Part shown: one piece after another, positions 1-9,401 of the stretch
How the letters are laid out: every line of letters starts with the position of its first letter
How positions within the stretch are numbered: position 1 is the first letter of the stretch
Origin: an uncultured cyanobacterium
GTDB taxonomy: Bacteria > Cyanobacteriota > Cyanobacteriia > PCC-9006 > JAAUQQ01
DNA: 64,000 nt
Assembly (NCBI GenBank): GCA_963718615.1
Contig: OY970368.1
Span: 4,192,001-4,256,000 of the forward strand
Direction of reading: 5' to 3'
Program-made: the position numbers and the translations under genes
Notes under the pieces: generated by a model
What the model was told of the DNA's origin: nothing
Databases searched by the model: none
What the model saw: only the letters and a program-made list of their open reading frames with translations

Positions 1-1
1 C

Positions 2-301
2 TATTTCACCGTGACCGGCGATCGGGTTCTGACGCCAGAGGAAACTGCGGAAGCCGAGGCCCAGCGCGCGGAAGCCGAGGCTCAGCGCGCAGAAGCCGAG
101 GCCCAGCGTGCAGAAGCCGAGGCCCAGCGCGCAGAAGCCGAGGCCCAGCGCGCAGATCTGGCTGAAGAACGGGCCGAGGCGGAACTCCAGCGGGCTAACC
201 GCATGGCGGAGTATTTGCGATCGCTCGGCCTAGATCCCGAGCAACTGCCCAACGCTCAAACCGATCCTGAAACCGGGAGACAAAGCCATGGCGGAGAATA
301 G
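2..301 (+). CDS. Uma2 (DUF820) family endonuclease, C-terminal part (gene starts before the window)
   Basis: Frame open from base 2: YFTVTGDRVLTPEE-(AEAEAQR)n-...MAEYLRSLGLDPEQL, the typical cyanobacterial Uma2 tail. Confidence 0.75.
   Translation, partial: YFTVTGDRVLTPEETAEAEAQRAEAEAQRAEAEAQRAEAEAQRAEAEAQRADLAEERAEAELQRANRMAEYLRSLGLDPEQLPNAQTDPETGRQSHGGE
47..151 (+). repeat. 21-bp tandem repeat x5 (GCRGAAGCCGAGGCYCAGCGY) encoding AEAEAQR heptads
   Basis: Directly visible. Confidence 0.95.
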
Positions 302-1118
302 CGTCAAAGACTGGAGCCTACTCTACGACCTCTCCAAAGCCTCAGAAGAGCATCCTGGCGGCGTACCGCGTCCAGCCTCAGAAACCTTGCCGACAATGTA
401 CGACTTACCCAGTGAACAAGTGGGGGAGGCCGGATTGCCAGATGAATTTCATCGTATCCAAGCGGACTTATTAACCGAGACCTGTGTACTGGAGCCAGCA
501 ACAGAATCCCTGGTGGCCAGTGACTTGAATCTCTACTACGACGTGCGCCATCCACTCTGGTACAAGCGACCGGACTGGTTTTTGGTCGTCGGGGTACCCC
601 GGTTTGTCAACCAGCAGGAACTGCGCCTGAGCTATGTGATTTGGCAGGAGGGGGTGCGACCGTTTGTCCTGGTGGAGCTGCTTTCGCCCAGCACTGCCGA
701 CGAAGATCTCGGACGACGGTTGCGGGAGGTGAACCAGCCCCCCACCAAGTGGCAAGTCTACGAACAGATTTTGGGGATCCCCTACTACGTGGTCTACGAC
801 CGCTATCGGAATGATTTCCAAGTTTTTCGGCTAGTCGCAAGTCGCTATGAACCGGTGGATATGAGCTCAGGGCGATTGTGGTTTGACGAGCTAGAGCGGG
901 GAATTGGCCTCTGGCAAGGGCGCTATCAAGAGACGGAGGGCCTCTGGCTGCGTTGGTATGACGCAAACGGTTGGCTGCCCACCCAGGCCGAGCAAATGAC
1001 CCAGGAACAGCAGCGAGCTGAATCCGAGGCCCGCCGAGCTGAAGCGGCTGAGCAGCGCGCCGAACGCTTGGCTCAGTTCTTGCGGGAGCAGGGAATTGAG
1101 CCGCCAGAAGGGATTTAG
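288..1118 (+). CDS. Uma2 (DUF820) family endonuclease
   Basis: LPTMYDLPSE, PDEFH, DLNLYYD, RPDWF, VELLSPST..ED, K..Y..ILGIPYYVVYD, LWLRWYD motifs and coiled-coil tail. Confidence 0.9.
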   Translation: MAENSVKDWSLLYDLSKASEEHPGGVPRPASETLPTMYDLPSEQVGEAGLPDEFHRIQADLLTETCVLEPATESLVASDLNLYYDVRHPLWYKRPDWFLVVGVPRFVNQQELRLSYVIWQEGVRPFVLVELLSPSTADEDLGRRLREVNQPPTKWQVYEQILGIPYYVVYDRYRNDFQVFRLVASRYEPVDMSSGRLWFDELERGIGLWQGRYQETEGLWLRWYDANGWLPTQAEQMTQEQQRAESEARRAEAAEQRAERLAQFLREQGIEPPEGI

Positions 1119-1275
1119 GCAGGTGGGCGATCCTTCGGATCTGGGCGAAGCCAATCGCAATCCTTGGCACGGTCTTATCAGCCATGCGCGGCTTAGATCG
1201 ACAAACCGCGTTAAAACATTTCACCGAACTTAAATTCTGCTACCTTTGTACAGTGATCAAGCAAGGTAAAGGCCT

Positions 1276-1786
1276 GTGGTTCAAGGAATACTCGGACGAG
1301 CAAGCCAGTTGAGGCAGATTCTACCCATCCGCGAGGCCCAGTGGGCAAAATTTGATTTGCTGCGGACGTTGGTTCGACGCGATCTAGAATCTCGCTATAA
1401 AGGCTCGGTTCTGGGAAATTTGTGGCCACTCCTCAACCAAATTGCCCAGATGCTGATTTACACCTACGTCTTCTCCGTGATTTTGAAAGTCAAGCTGAGC
1501 ATTAGTGGTGGGGGAGTCAATGAGAATCTGACCTTTGGCCTTTGGCTTTTCGCAGGGTTGCTTCCCTGGATAGCGTTTTCGAGTGGGTTTTCCCAAACCG
1601 CAACTTCGGTTCTTGCCCAGGCCAATCTGGTGAAGAAAGTCGTTTTCCCGCTGGCGTTGCTTCCCCTCATCCCGGTCTTTTCAGCGTTTGTTGAGAGTAC
1701 CATCGGAATTGCGGTTTTGATTGTCATGGTGGCCTTTGCTTCCGGACGCCTACAACCCGACCCTGGCACTGTTCCCGCTCGTCTAG
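1276..1786 (+). pseudogene. Truncated ABC-2 polysaccharide permease (Wzm) paralog
   Basis: RRDLESRYKGSVLG and NLVKKVVFPL as in the intact wzm; +1 frameshift near 1757, shifted frame reads TLALFPLV then TAG where the intact copy has W; 3' part missing. Confidence 0.85.
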
Positions 1787-1860
1787 GAGGATTAACTGAT
1801 TTTTCGGACTTCTCTGCGACCTAAAGGATGCACAACCTATGCTTGATAGGAGAGCTCTCG

Positions 1861-2162
1861 ATGTACGGCACCCATTCATACCTCACTAGCCAAGAATTCG
1901 AGGCATTAATGCCCGCTGCTAGCCAGCTTTTGAGCGACGAACCGGAAATAATCGGCCTATTCCTAGGTCTCTGGCAAGACCGGCTGCGCTACTTTACAGC
2001 ATCCGGAGAACTTGTCCCTACCCCCGAAGAATCAGCAGCGGCAGAGATGCGGCGGGCGGAGGCGGAGGCGCGGCGGCGGAGGCAGAGGCGCATCGGGCGG
2101 ATAGGATGGCGAGTTATTTGCGATCGCTAGGTCTAGACCCAGATCAGTTGCCAGATCGTTAA
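1861..2162 (+). pseudogene. Internally deleted Uma2 remnant
   Basis: N-terminal MPAASQLLSDEPE joined directly to C-terminal GLFLGLWQDRLRYFT..LVPTPEE; frameshift near 2075, then RMASYLRSLGLDPDQL; nuclease core absent. Confidence 0.8.
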
Positions 2163-2199
2163 ACCGATGAAATGGGGAGGCAAAGCAAGCATTGCAAAA

Positions 2200-3471
2200 C
2201 TACTTTTGACAGTAGGCAACAGCATACTGAGTTAGTCCCAGTTCAATACATTTATCATCAAACTCCATCGCAAGATCTAAGGTAGACTGATCATCTGCTT
2301 CAAGAATATTGTGCAGAATATCTGATAAACCAAGGTGGTAAACACCGCCTCCTGTCAATAATATGTGCGCTTTGGGGAAGTACTCGCGTATGGCTGAGAG
2401 GATATTAGCGGAATCAGCACATTCTGAAGGATCCATCGCAAATAGATCATCTTCGTCTGGTGACACACAATTTACGCCAAGCAAGCTAGATGGTTCATAC
2501 GGGTTCTTTAGGTAATTTTCTGGAAGAAGTGACCGAAATTCAGTGCTGATTTGCAACATCTCTTCAGGAAATTGCATCCGTGTTGCTCCCACGTAATCGT
2601 CCATTAAAAACAATCCACCAGATTTAAGAACCCGATGACTCCAAGCCACAGCAACTCTTGTATCTGGCATATGGTGCAATGCGTTATTCCAAAACACCAT
2701 ATCGTAGATATCTCGCCCAGAGACAAAATCAAATGCATCGGCCAAATAAAACGAAACCTGATTCTCTAGGCCTCTTTCCTTCGCAAGGCTACGACCACGC
2801 TCTACTGCATATTCAGAGACTTCAAACAGATCAAAACATGTCGCTAGACCAGCTTCGATCGCGTCCATCTCTTTTTCACCAAATCCAGCACCGACTGATA
2901 CTGCTTTTTGAACTGGTAATAAATCAAAAAATTGGCGGTTAACCAATCGATACAAACCAGCCGAAAGCCCCGGAATATCTTCACCACAAACTCTTTTATT
3001 GATAGCCCGAATAAGATGTTCACTTTGCCACCAACGCGTCTGGAGATTTTCAAAAGTTGAATACTCCTTAGACCAATGATCTCCTGCCAATTTATCTCTG
3101 TTGAAGTTGACTTCACACAGTCCATTAGGGATTATCTCTTTTGTAGATTTGAAAATCACCTCTACGAGGTTTCGGCCATCCTGTAGATAGCGTGAAATTT
3201 TTCGATATATCCCGACCGCCCTCTGTCCGTGAACCATTGAGGCATCATCACGAAGATTTGTAAGATTCAACTCTGCGACAACTTTTCCATTAATCCTTAA
3301 TAATGGATTGACAAAAACCCCATTGCGATTTTCAAGAATCCAACCCTGCACGTGGTACTCAGAAATTTCGTCAATGTATCCAATCTCACATTCCAGCAAT
3401 GAGTCTTTTGTACTTATCCCATCAACTTGACTAGGAGTAGAAGTGGAAGTGGAAGCTGGGTCGTATTGCAT
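2200..3471 (-). CDS. Class I SAM-dependent methyltransferase with N-terminal beta-rich domain (probably glycan-related)
   Basis: VSVGAGFG motif I, DMVFWNNALHH, LKSGG; N-terminal GYID...VQGW...RDD segment resembling domains seen in glycosyltransferases. Confidence 0.8.
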   Translation of the reverse strand: MQYDPASTSTSTPSQVDGISTKDSLLECEIGYIDEISEYHVQGWILENRNGVFVNPLLRINGKVVAELNLTNLRDDASMVHGQRAVGIYRKISRYLQDGRNLVEVIFKSTKEIIPNGLCEVNFNRDKLAGDHWSKEYSTFENLQTRWWQSEHLIRAINKRVCGEDIPGLSAGLYRLVNRQFFDLLPVQKAVSVGAGFGEKEMDAIEAGLATCFDLFEVSEYAVERGRSLAKERGLENQVSFYLADAFDFVSGRDIYDMVFWNNALHHMPDTRVAVAWSHRVLKSGGLFLMDDYVGATRMQFPEEMLQISTEFRSLLPENYLKNPYEPSSLLGVNCVSPDEDDLFAMDPSECADSANILSAIREYFPKAHILLTGGGVYHLGLSDILHNILEADDQSTLDLAMEFDDKCIELGLTQYAVAYCQK

Positions 3472-4053
3472 TGATTAAAGTTGTCAAATCTGATGAAATA
3501 TATAGCCCAGTAAGCCGCCTGGAGCAATTGCTTTTATGCATACTACTGAGAACGAACGAAAGACGAAGAGAGACCCTCGCGAACATTCAGAAATCAATCT
3601 GTAAGGTTATACTACAGAATAGTCTCGAATTTTATTTTTTCTTATAGGACGATACAGTTTCTCAGTATATCAAATTACATCAGACTTGTCTTCCAGAAAC
3701 TAATTCTATGCAAAACATCAATGGCGTCGTCATTGGAGAGATTTTGTCATTACGCAGTTAGTACACGTAGGGTCGCAATGAAAATTTTCATGATTAACAA
3801 AGAACTCAATACACCGAGACATCCTGTGATTGATCTTCAGACAGAGTGTAGACCGAGGCACTTACCATCCCAGACAAAGTCTCATTAGACCAAAGACGAA
3901 GCAAACACTCCTCCAGACTCTATGATATGCGCCTTTGTCTTAACACAGGTCAGACAGTACGGAAATACCATAACTACCTCGATTTCTATGTTGCCCTAAT
4001 GGCAATATAAGGAGGCGCTAAATTCTGTTACTTTTATACGATTGGAGATTAGG

Positions 4054-4917
4054 ATGCAAAAATCTGGAGTTATAGAGATGCTGGCTCGGGCAGTACGTCT
4101 AAGAGAAATTTTGCCTATCACAACTCATCAATGGGCAGCATTTGGTCTGCTCCGGGCCCTAATCCGCAGAGACCTCGAATCTAGGTACAAGGGTTCTATG
4201 TTGGGTAACTTTTGGCCCCTAATAAATCAGCTATCCCAGCTTTTCATCTATACCTATGTATTTTCTATCGTACTAAAAGTTAAGCTAAGTCTTGGAGGAA
4301 TTGCTGCTAATGATACAGTAACCTTTGGTCTATGGCTATTCGCAGGGCTTCTTCCCTGGTTTGCATTTACAGGAGGGCTTGGACAAGCTGCGGCCTCAGT
4401 CATTACAAATCCTAATCTAGTTAAGAAGGTAGTTTTTCCTCTTGGCCTGTTGCCACTTGTTCCAGTGCTATCTGCATTCATCGAAAGCTCAGTTGGTTTA
4501 GCCGCTCTCATTATTATTGTGGCAATTGCCTCTAAAACCCTTCATTCTACCTTAGCTCTACTCCCCCTGATCTGGATTCCTCAGCTATTGTTTACATCTG
4601 GTCTCAGTTATTTAGCAGCAGCGCTAACAGTTTTTCTGAGAGATATTCCGCAATCCCTAGGAGTTTTACTGAACTTATGGTTTTATGGTACGCCGATCAT
4701 CTACCCTGCATCTGAAATTCCTGAACCTTGGCAACATCTAATAACTTGGCTCAATCCAATGGCACCTATTGTCGAGTTCTATCGTGAAGCAATATTGAGT
4801 GGAAAAATAGAGAATTGGCCACAATGGTGCTGGGCCTCATCTATTTCTCTTGTAGTTTTTCTTCTGGGGGTCACAGTCTATCAGCACTTGCGTTCAGCCT
4901 TTGCAGATGTTTTATAG
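4054..4917 (+). CDS. wzm: ABC transporter permease Wzm (O-antigen/surface glycan export)
   Basis: RDLESRYKGS.LG, multiple TM segments, FYGTPIIYP, NPM, FADVL terminus; followed by wzt. Confidence 0.92.
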   Translation: MQKSGVIEMLARAVRLREILPITTHQWAAFGLLRALIRRDLESRYKGSMLGNFWPLINQLSQLFIYTYVFSIVLKVKLSLGGIAANDTVTFGLWLFAGLLPWFAFTGGLGQAAASVITNPNLVKKVVFPLGLLPLVPVLSAFIESSVGLAALIIIVAIASKTLHSTLALLPLIWIPQLLFTSGLSYLAAALTVFLRDIPQSLGVLLNLWFYGTPIIYPASEIPEPWQHLITWLNPMAPIVEFYREAILSGKIENWPQWCWASSISLVVFLLGVTVYQHLRSAFADVL

Positions 4918-4968
4918 GTTGTTCTTTCTGAATTAAATCGATTTATTTAGGTTTCAAGGATTGATCGT

Positions 4969-6327
4969 ATGAATGAAAGTATTGCCATTTCACTTCAGAA
5001 TATCTCAAAGTGCTTTAAACGATATCATCATCCAAGCGATCGCCTCAAAGAACTTTTCTTTGCCAATCACAGTCATGCTCAAGAGTTTTGGGCATTAAAA
5101 GACATAAACCTATCAATTCCCAAGGGTAAAACTGTTGGCATCTTAGGACGCAATGGATCAGGAAAAAGTACACTGCTTCAGATCATTGCAGGAACCCTAA
5201 CACCTACTACAGGAACTGTTCAAGTGCACGGTAGGATCTCTGCATTGTTGGAATTGGGAAGTGGCTTTAACCCTGAGTTCACTGGTCTTGAAAATATTTT
5301 TTTCAATGGTCAATTGCTCGGCTTAAGCAAACAAGAGATTGAAGACAAACTAGAGGAAATTATTGGCTTTGCAGATATTGGAGAGTTTATCGAACAACCT
5401 GTTAAAACTTATTCAAGTGGGATGTTCGTACGACTAGCTTTTGCCGTTGCAGTCAATGTTTCTCCTGAAATATTAATAGTAGACGAAGCTCTTGCGGTTG
5501 GAGACGTTTCGTTTCAGCATCGCTGTATGAGACGCATCAGGAAGTTAATGGATTCTGGTGTGACAACACTTTTTGTCTCTCATGACACAGGTGCAATCAA
5601 AACGCTGTGCAACTCAGCCATTATGATTCATGACGGAGTCATTCAAGGAGTTGGAAATCCAAATAAAATTACAACTGACTATTTGAGGTTAATGACTGAA
5701 ATCGAGCTAGAGATTGAGCAACGTAACGGCAATAATAACTTAGATGCTATAGTGACCGATGCGTCATCGGAAGAAAATATAGATTCAAGTGTTGTGTTAA
5801 TAGAGAAGTCTAATGCTCAGGAGAAAAACCAAAGAATAGGAAGTGGTAAAGCGAGAATAGAAGAAATAAAAATCCTCAACAGTCATGGTGAAAAGGCTAG
5901 TAAAGATCCTGTATTTGCCTTTAACGAAGAGGTAGAAATTATCACTTGCTTACGAACCTATACAAGCCTCGACAGTTGTATCGTTGGTTTTTTTGTTTGC
6001 GATAAGAACGGCAACGAAGTAATTGGAAGTAACACCTTAGAAGAGGGGATGGCTATTGGGCCTGTTGCAAACAGGCAGGAAGTAATAGTAAGTTTCAAAT
6101 TCAAACTACCTCTAAGACCTGGCTCCTATAGCCTAACAGTTGCAGGCGCGGAAAGTTATAACTCAGTTACTTTTGACTGGGTTGACAATGCTATCGTTTT
6201 TCAAGTTTTGCCACCCGATACAGGGAAAAATGTTCATGCCTTGATTGATCATCCTATGTTAGTTGATATCAAAAAGTTAGACCCAAAAGATAAATGCCAA
6301 CTGGAGGTCGAGAAAATTCATGGATAA
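4969..6327 (+). CDS. wzt: ABC transporter ATP-binding Wzt with C-terminal carbohydrate-binding domain
   Basis: GRNGSGKST, YSSGMFVRLAF, DEALAVGD; about 170-aa C-terminal extension (RIGSG...LRPGSYSL). Confidence 0.93.
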   Translation: MNESIAISLQNISKCFKRYHHPSDRLKELFFANHSHAQEFWALKDINLSIPKGKTVGILGRNGSGKSTLLQIIAGTLTPTTGTVQVHGRISALLELGSGFNPEFTGLENIFFNGQLLGLSKQEIEDKLEEIIGFADIGEFIEQPVKTYSSGMFVRLAFAVAVNVSPEILIVDEALAVGDVSFQHRCMRRIRKLMDSGVTTLFVSHDTGAIKTLCNSAIMIHDGVIQGVGNPNKITTDYLRLMTEIELEIEQRNGNNNLDAIVTDASSEENIDSSVVLIEKSNAQEKNQRIGSGKARIEEIKILNSHGEKASKDPVFAFNEEVEIITCLRTYTSLDSCIVGFFVCDKNGNEVIGSNTLEEGMAIGPVANRQEVIVSFKFKLPLRPGSYSLTVAGAESYNSVTFDWVDNAIVFQVLPPDTGKNVHALIDHPMLVDIKKLDPKDKCQLEVEKIHG

Positions 6328-9300
6328 AGATTGGGTTAAGGACTATCCATCCGCTGAGGGTCTTGTTGAGGAGACTCTTGATGAAAATAGCAGCTTAAAA
6401 CAAGTAGTTCGCTTGGTTGGAAAAGACAAAAAAGTTGTTGACTTTGGCTGTGCGACAGGCTATCTTGCTTCTCTGTTAAAACAAAATGGCTGCATAATTA
6501 CAGGAGTTGAGATTAATCCTGAGGCAGCCAGGGTTGCTGAGAAACACTGTCGTAAAGTCGTGGTTGCCGATCTTGATTTTGCCTCGGTCCTTGACATCCT
6601 GCATGGAGAATCTTTTGACGTAGCTGTGTTTGGAGATGTGCTAGAGCATTTGCGCAATCCATGGAAAGTTTTACAAGAAGTTAAAAATTTAATTAATCCA
6701 GACGGTTACATTGTTGTTTCCATTCCTAATGTTGCCCATGGAGCCGTAAGGCTTTCGCTTTTAAAGGGTGAGTTTAATTATGAGGAGTTTGGTGTTTTAG
6801 ATGAAACACATTTAAGATTCTTTACTCGTGAAAGTATTCAGAAGATGCTTATTTCAACGGGGTATTTAATCGACGAGTGGAGGACAACAAAAAGTGATGT
6901 TTTCCTGGGTCAATGGATTCCAAAAGTGAACGAAGCAGAATTTGATCCAGCTTTAGTCAATCAAATTCTTGCAGAAGAAAATAGCGATGTACTTCAGTTT
7001 ATAGTCAAAGCAATGCCTGAGCCTTTAGAGAATAGACTGCGAAGCATGAAAGTGTTTTTCAAGGACGCAGTCAATGGTTTGGAAGAGTCCAGCTTAAAAT
7101 TGAAATATTTTCAAGACGAGTTGCTTAAGGTCAAGGCACAGTTGGAAGCGGCACAGTCTCAGATTGAAGAACACGAGCAACAAATTGCGAGTTTATATCA
7201 ACAGAAGCTTGAAGTTGAAAATCAAAGCGCCCACTATCAGGAATTACTGATCAAGAAGGATGGGGAGGTTCATCAGCTTCAACATCACCTTGGTGAAACA
7301 CTTCAAAATATTGAGGCAGAAAGAAGTAGGGGACAAGAGAAGCTCAATGAGCTATATGAAGTTCATCAGTTAGAACTTCTGCATCTGCGCCAACAATTAA
7401 CTCAGCGAGACCAAGAGCATGAAGGGGAAGTCAGCGAGTTACGTCAACACCTAGCAGAAGCCTTCCACAATATAGGGATTGAACGATTTCATTTCCATCA
7501 ACAGCGTGAAGCGCTGAGGCAAGGTGAAGGGATTCCTATTCCTTACTTCATGCTCAAAAAAAGTCAGCGCTGGATCAGCCGAATGGTTGGTAGACCTATC
7601 AACAAAACTACTCTTAAGTCAATTCCCGGCAAGCTTAAGCAAAAACTGCGCTTGCCCGCCATTAAACGCAAATTGCTCAAGCTCACAGCAAAAGTTCAAG
7701 ATCAAGTTTTCAGCAACCCTCACGAAGAACTATTGGCCCGGACTAACGTTTCTCCTCAGACCTTTCTAGAAGCTGTTACTCCGTTCAGCCCAACTCCTCC
7801 TTCAGCGATCTCCACCCACTCGCCCAAGATCAGTATCCTAACACCGACCTGGAATTCTTCTCTTGATTGGTTTCTCGAAACCGCCCTTAGCGTGTTGAGC
7901 CAAACCTACGACGATTGGGAATGGTGCATTGTAGATGACGGCTCCCAAAATCAAGAACTGCGAGAACTGTTACAGCAGTTTGCCAAATTGCATCCTCAAG
8001 TCAAGGTTGTTTTGGCAGAATCGGGTGGGATTAGTTCAGCAACGAACCACGCTCTGGCGATCGCCAGAGGCGAATACATCTGCTTCCTCGATCACGACGA
8101 TACCCTCACGTCTAATGCCCTTGCAACCCTCGTGAGCAAGTTAGAGGAAGGATTTGATATCGTCTATTCTGATGAAGACAAGATAGATTTTTCTGGCAAA
8201 CGCTATGTCGAGCCCTTTCACAAACCGAACTGGTCACCGGAATATTTTCGCGGCGTTATGTACGTGGGCCATCTGCTGGGTATTCGCAAAGAACTAGCCC
8301 AAACAGTTGATGGTGTTCGCAGTGAATTCGATGGCGTTCAAGACTATGACTTGATGCTACGCCTCTCGGAGAAAACAGAAAAAATTGGTCACATTCCCCA
8401 AATTCTTTATCACTGGCGCAAAATTCCGGGAAGTATTTCCGGCGATGTCAACGCAAAAAGCGAAAAGATCGAACAGCTTCAGCAGCTTGCCGTCAACGAG
8501 CATCTCAAACGTCTGGGCCTGCCAGCCCAAGCCGAGGCCATGGGTTTCCATCGATTGAAAATAGTTCCCAAGCCTGAAAGAACAAGCTATCCACTTATCA
8601 GCATCATCATCCCTACTAAAGATGCACCAGATTACCTAGAACGCTGTTTGAGCAGTCTTGTCAATGCCTCATCTTATCCTAACTTTGAAGTAATTCTGGT
8701 AGACAACGAGACCCGCGATAAGCGTGCTCTTGAACTTATAGAAAACTATGTAAAAACCCATAGGGTTACACGTATTTCTCTACAAAATCCCTTTAATTAC
8801 TCCCGTGCCAATAACACTGGTGTAGCAGCAGCCCAGGGCGAATACTTGGTTTTCCTCAATAATGACACCGAAGTTATCACCGCCAATTGGTTGGAGAATA
8901 TGCTTTATTATGCCGAGCAAGACTCTGTAGGTGCAGTAGGAGCCTTACTCCTCTTCCCTGATCGTACGGTTCAGCACGCAGGGGTTGTCATGGGATTTAG
9001 GGGCACGGCTGACCATGTCATGCGTAACTTTCCTGCCGATAGCGATGGCTATGCAGGTTCTCTCTGTTGTACCCGAGAAGTCTCAGCGGTTACAGCGGCT
9101 TGTCTGATGATGAAACGTATGGACTTTGAAAAAATCGGCGGATTCAATGAGTTTTTTTCCACCCACTATCAGGATGTCGATTTGTGCTTAAAGCTTACAG
9201 CTCAAGGAAAAACTAACATCTGTACACCTAGAGCCGTTTTGATTCACCACGAATCCAAGACTCGCAAGGCTTATTATGATTGGGGGGATCGCCTTCTTTT

Positions 9301-9394
9301 ACTTGATCAATTTCAGGACTACATTGACCAGGGCGATCGCTACTATAATCCTAACTTCGACCTCGGCAAACATGACTATAGCCTAAAAGGATGA
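6320..9394 (+). CDS. Methyltransferase + coiled coil + two GT2 domains (WsaE-like glycan polymerase/terminator)
   Basis: VDFGCATG and DVLEHL; long Q/E/L heptad region; GT2 #1 (VDDGS, FLDHDD, YSDEDK, QDYDL); GT2 #2 (VDN, FLNNDT, AVTAAC, QDVDLCL). Confidence 0.88.
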   Translation: MDKDWVKDYPSAEGLVEETLDENSSLKQVVRLVGKDKKVVDFGCATGYLASLLKQNGCIITGVEINPEAARVAEKHCRKVVVADLDFASVLDILHGESFDVAVFGDVLEHLRNPWKVLQEVKNLINPDGYIVVSIPNVAHGAVRLSLLKGEFNYEEFGVLDETHLRFFTRESIQKMLISTGYLIDEWRTTKSDVFLGQWIPKVNEAEFDPALVNQILAEENSDVLQFIVKAMPEPLENRLRSMKVFFKDAVNGLEESSLKLKYFQDELLKVKAQLEAAQSQIEEHEQQIASLYQQKLEVENQSAHYQELLIKKDGEVHQLQHHLGETLQNIEAERSRGQEKLNELYEVHQLELLHLRQQLTQRDQEHEGEVSELRQHLAEAFHNIGIERFHFHQQREALRQGEGIPIPYFMLKKSQRWISRMVGRPINKTTLKSIPGKLKQKLRLPAIKRKLLKLTAKVQDQVFSNPHEELLARTNVSPQTFLEAVTPFSPTPPSAISTHSPKISILTPTWNSSLDWFLETALSVLSQTYDDWEWCIVDDGSQNQELRELLQQFAKLHPQVKVVLAESGGISSATNHALAIARGEYICFLDHDDTLTSNALATLVSKLEEGFDIVYSDEDKIDFSGKRYVEPFHKPNWSPEYFRGVMYVGHLLGIRKELAQTVDGVRSEFDGVQDYDLMLRLSEKTEKIGHIPQILYHWRKIPGSISGDVNAKSEKIEQLQQLAVNEHLKRLGLPAQAEAMGFHRLKIVPKPERTSYPLISIIIPTKDAPDYLERCLSSLVNASSYPNFEVILVDNETRDKRALELIENYVKTHRVTRISLQNPFNYSRANNTGVAAAQGEYLVFLNNDTEVITANWLENMLYYAEQDSVGAVGALLLFPDRTVQHAGVVMGFRGTADHVMRNFPADSDGYAGSLCCTREVSAVTAACLMMKRMDFEKIGGFNEFFSTHYQDVDLCLKLTAQGKTNICTPRAVLIHHESKTRKAYYDWGDRLLLLDQFQDYIDQGDRYYNPNFDLGKHDYSLKG

Positions 9395-9401
9395 GCAGCA
9401 T

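Noticed and set aside
47-151. Repeats as a CRISPR array
   Set aside because: No spacers; in-frame coding heptads. No cas genes or repeat-spacer pattern anywhere in the window.
607-1224. 205-aa minus-strand ORF and similar long antisense ORFs (26125-27054, 29629-30258, 36939-37745)
   Set aside because: Shadows of well-supported genes on the opposite strand, with no recognisable motifs
3598-3618. NtcA site
   Set aside because: Spacing is GTA-N9-TAC, not the canonical N8
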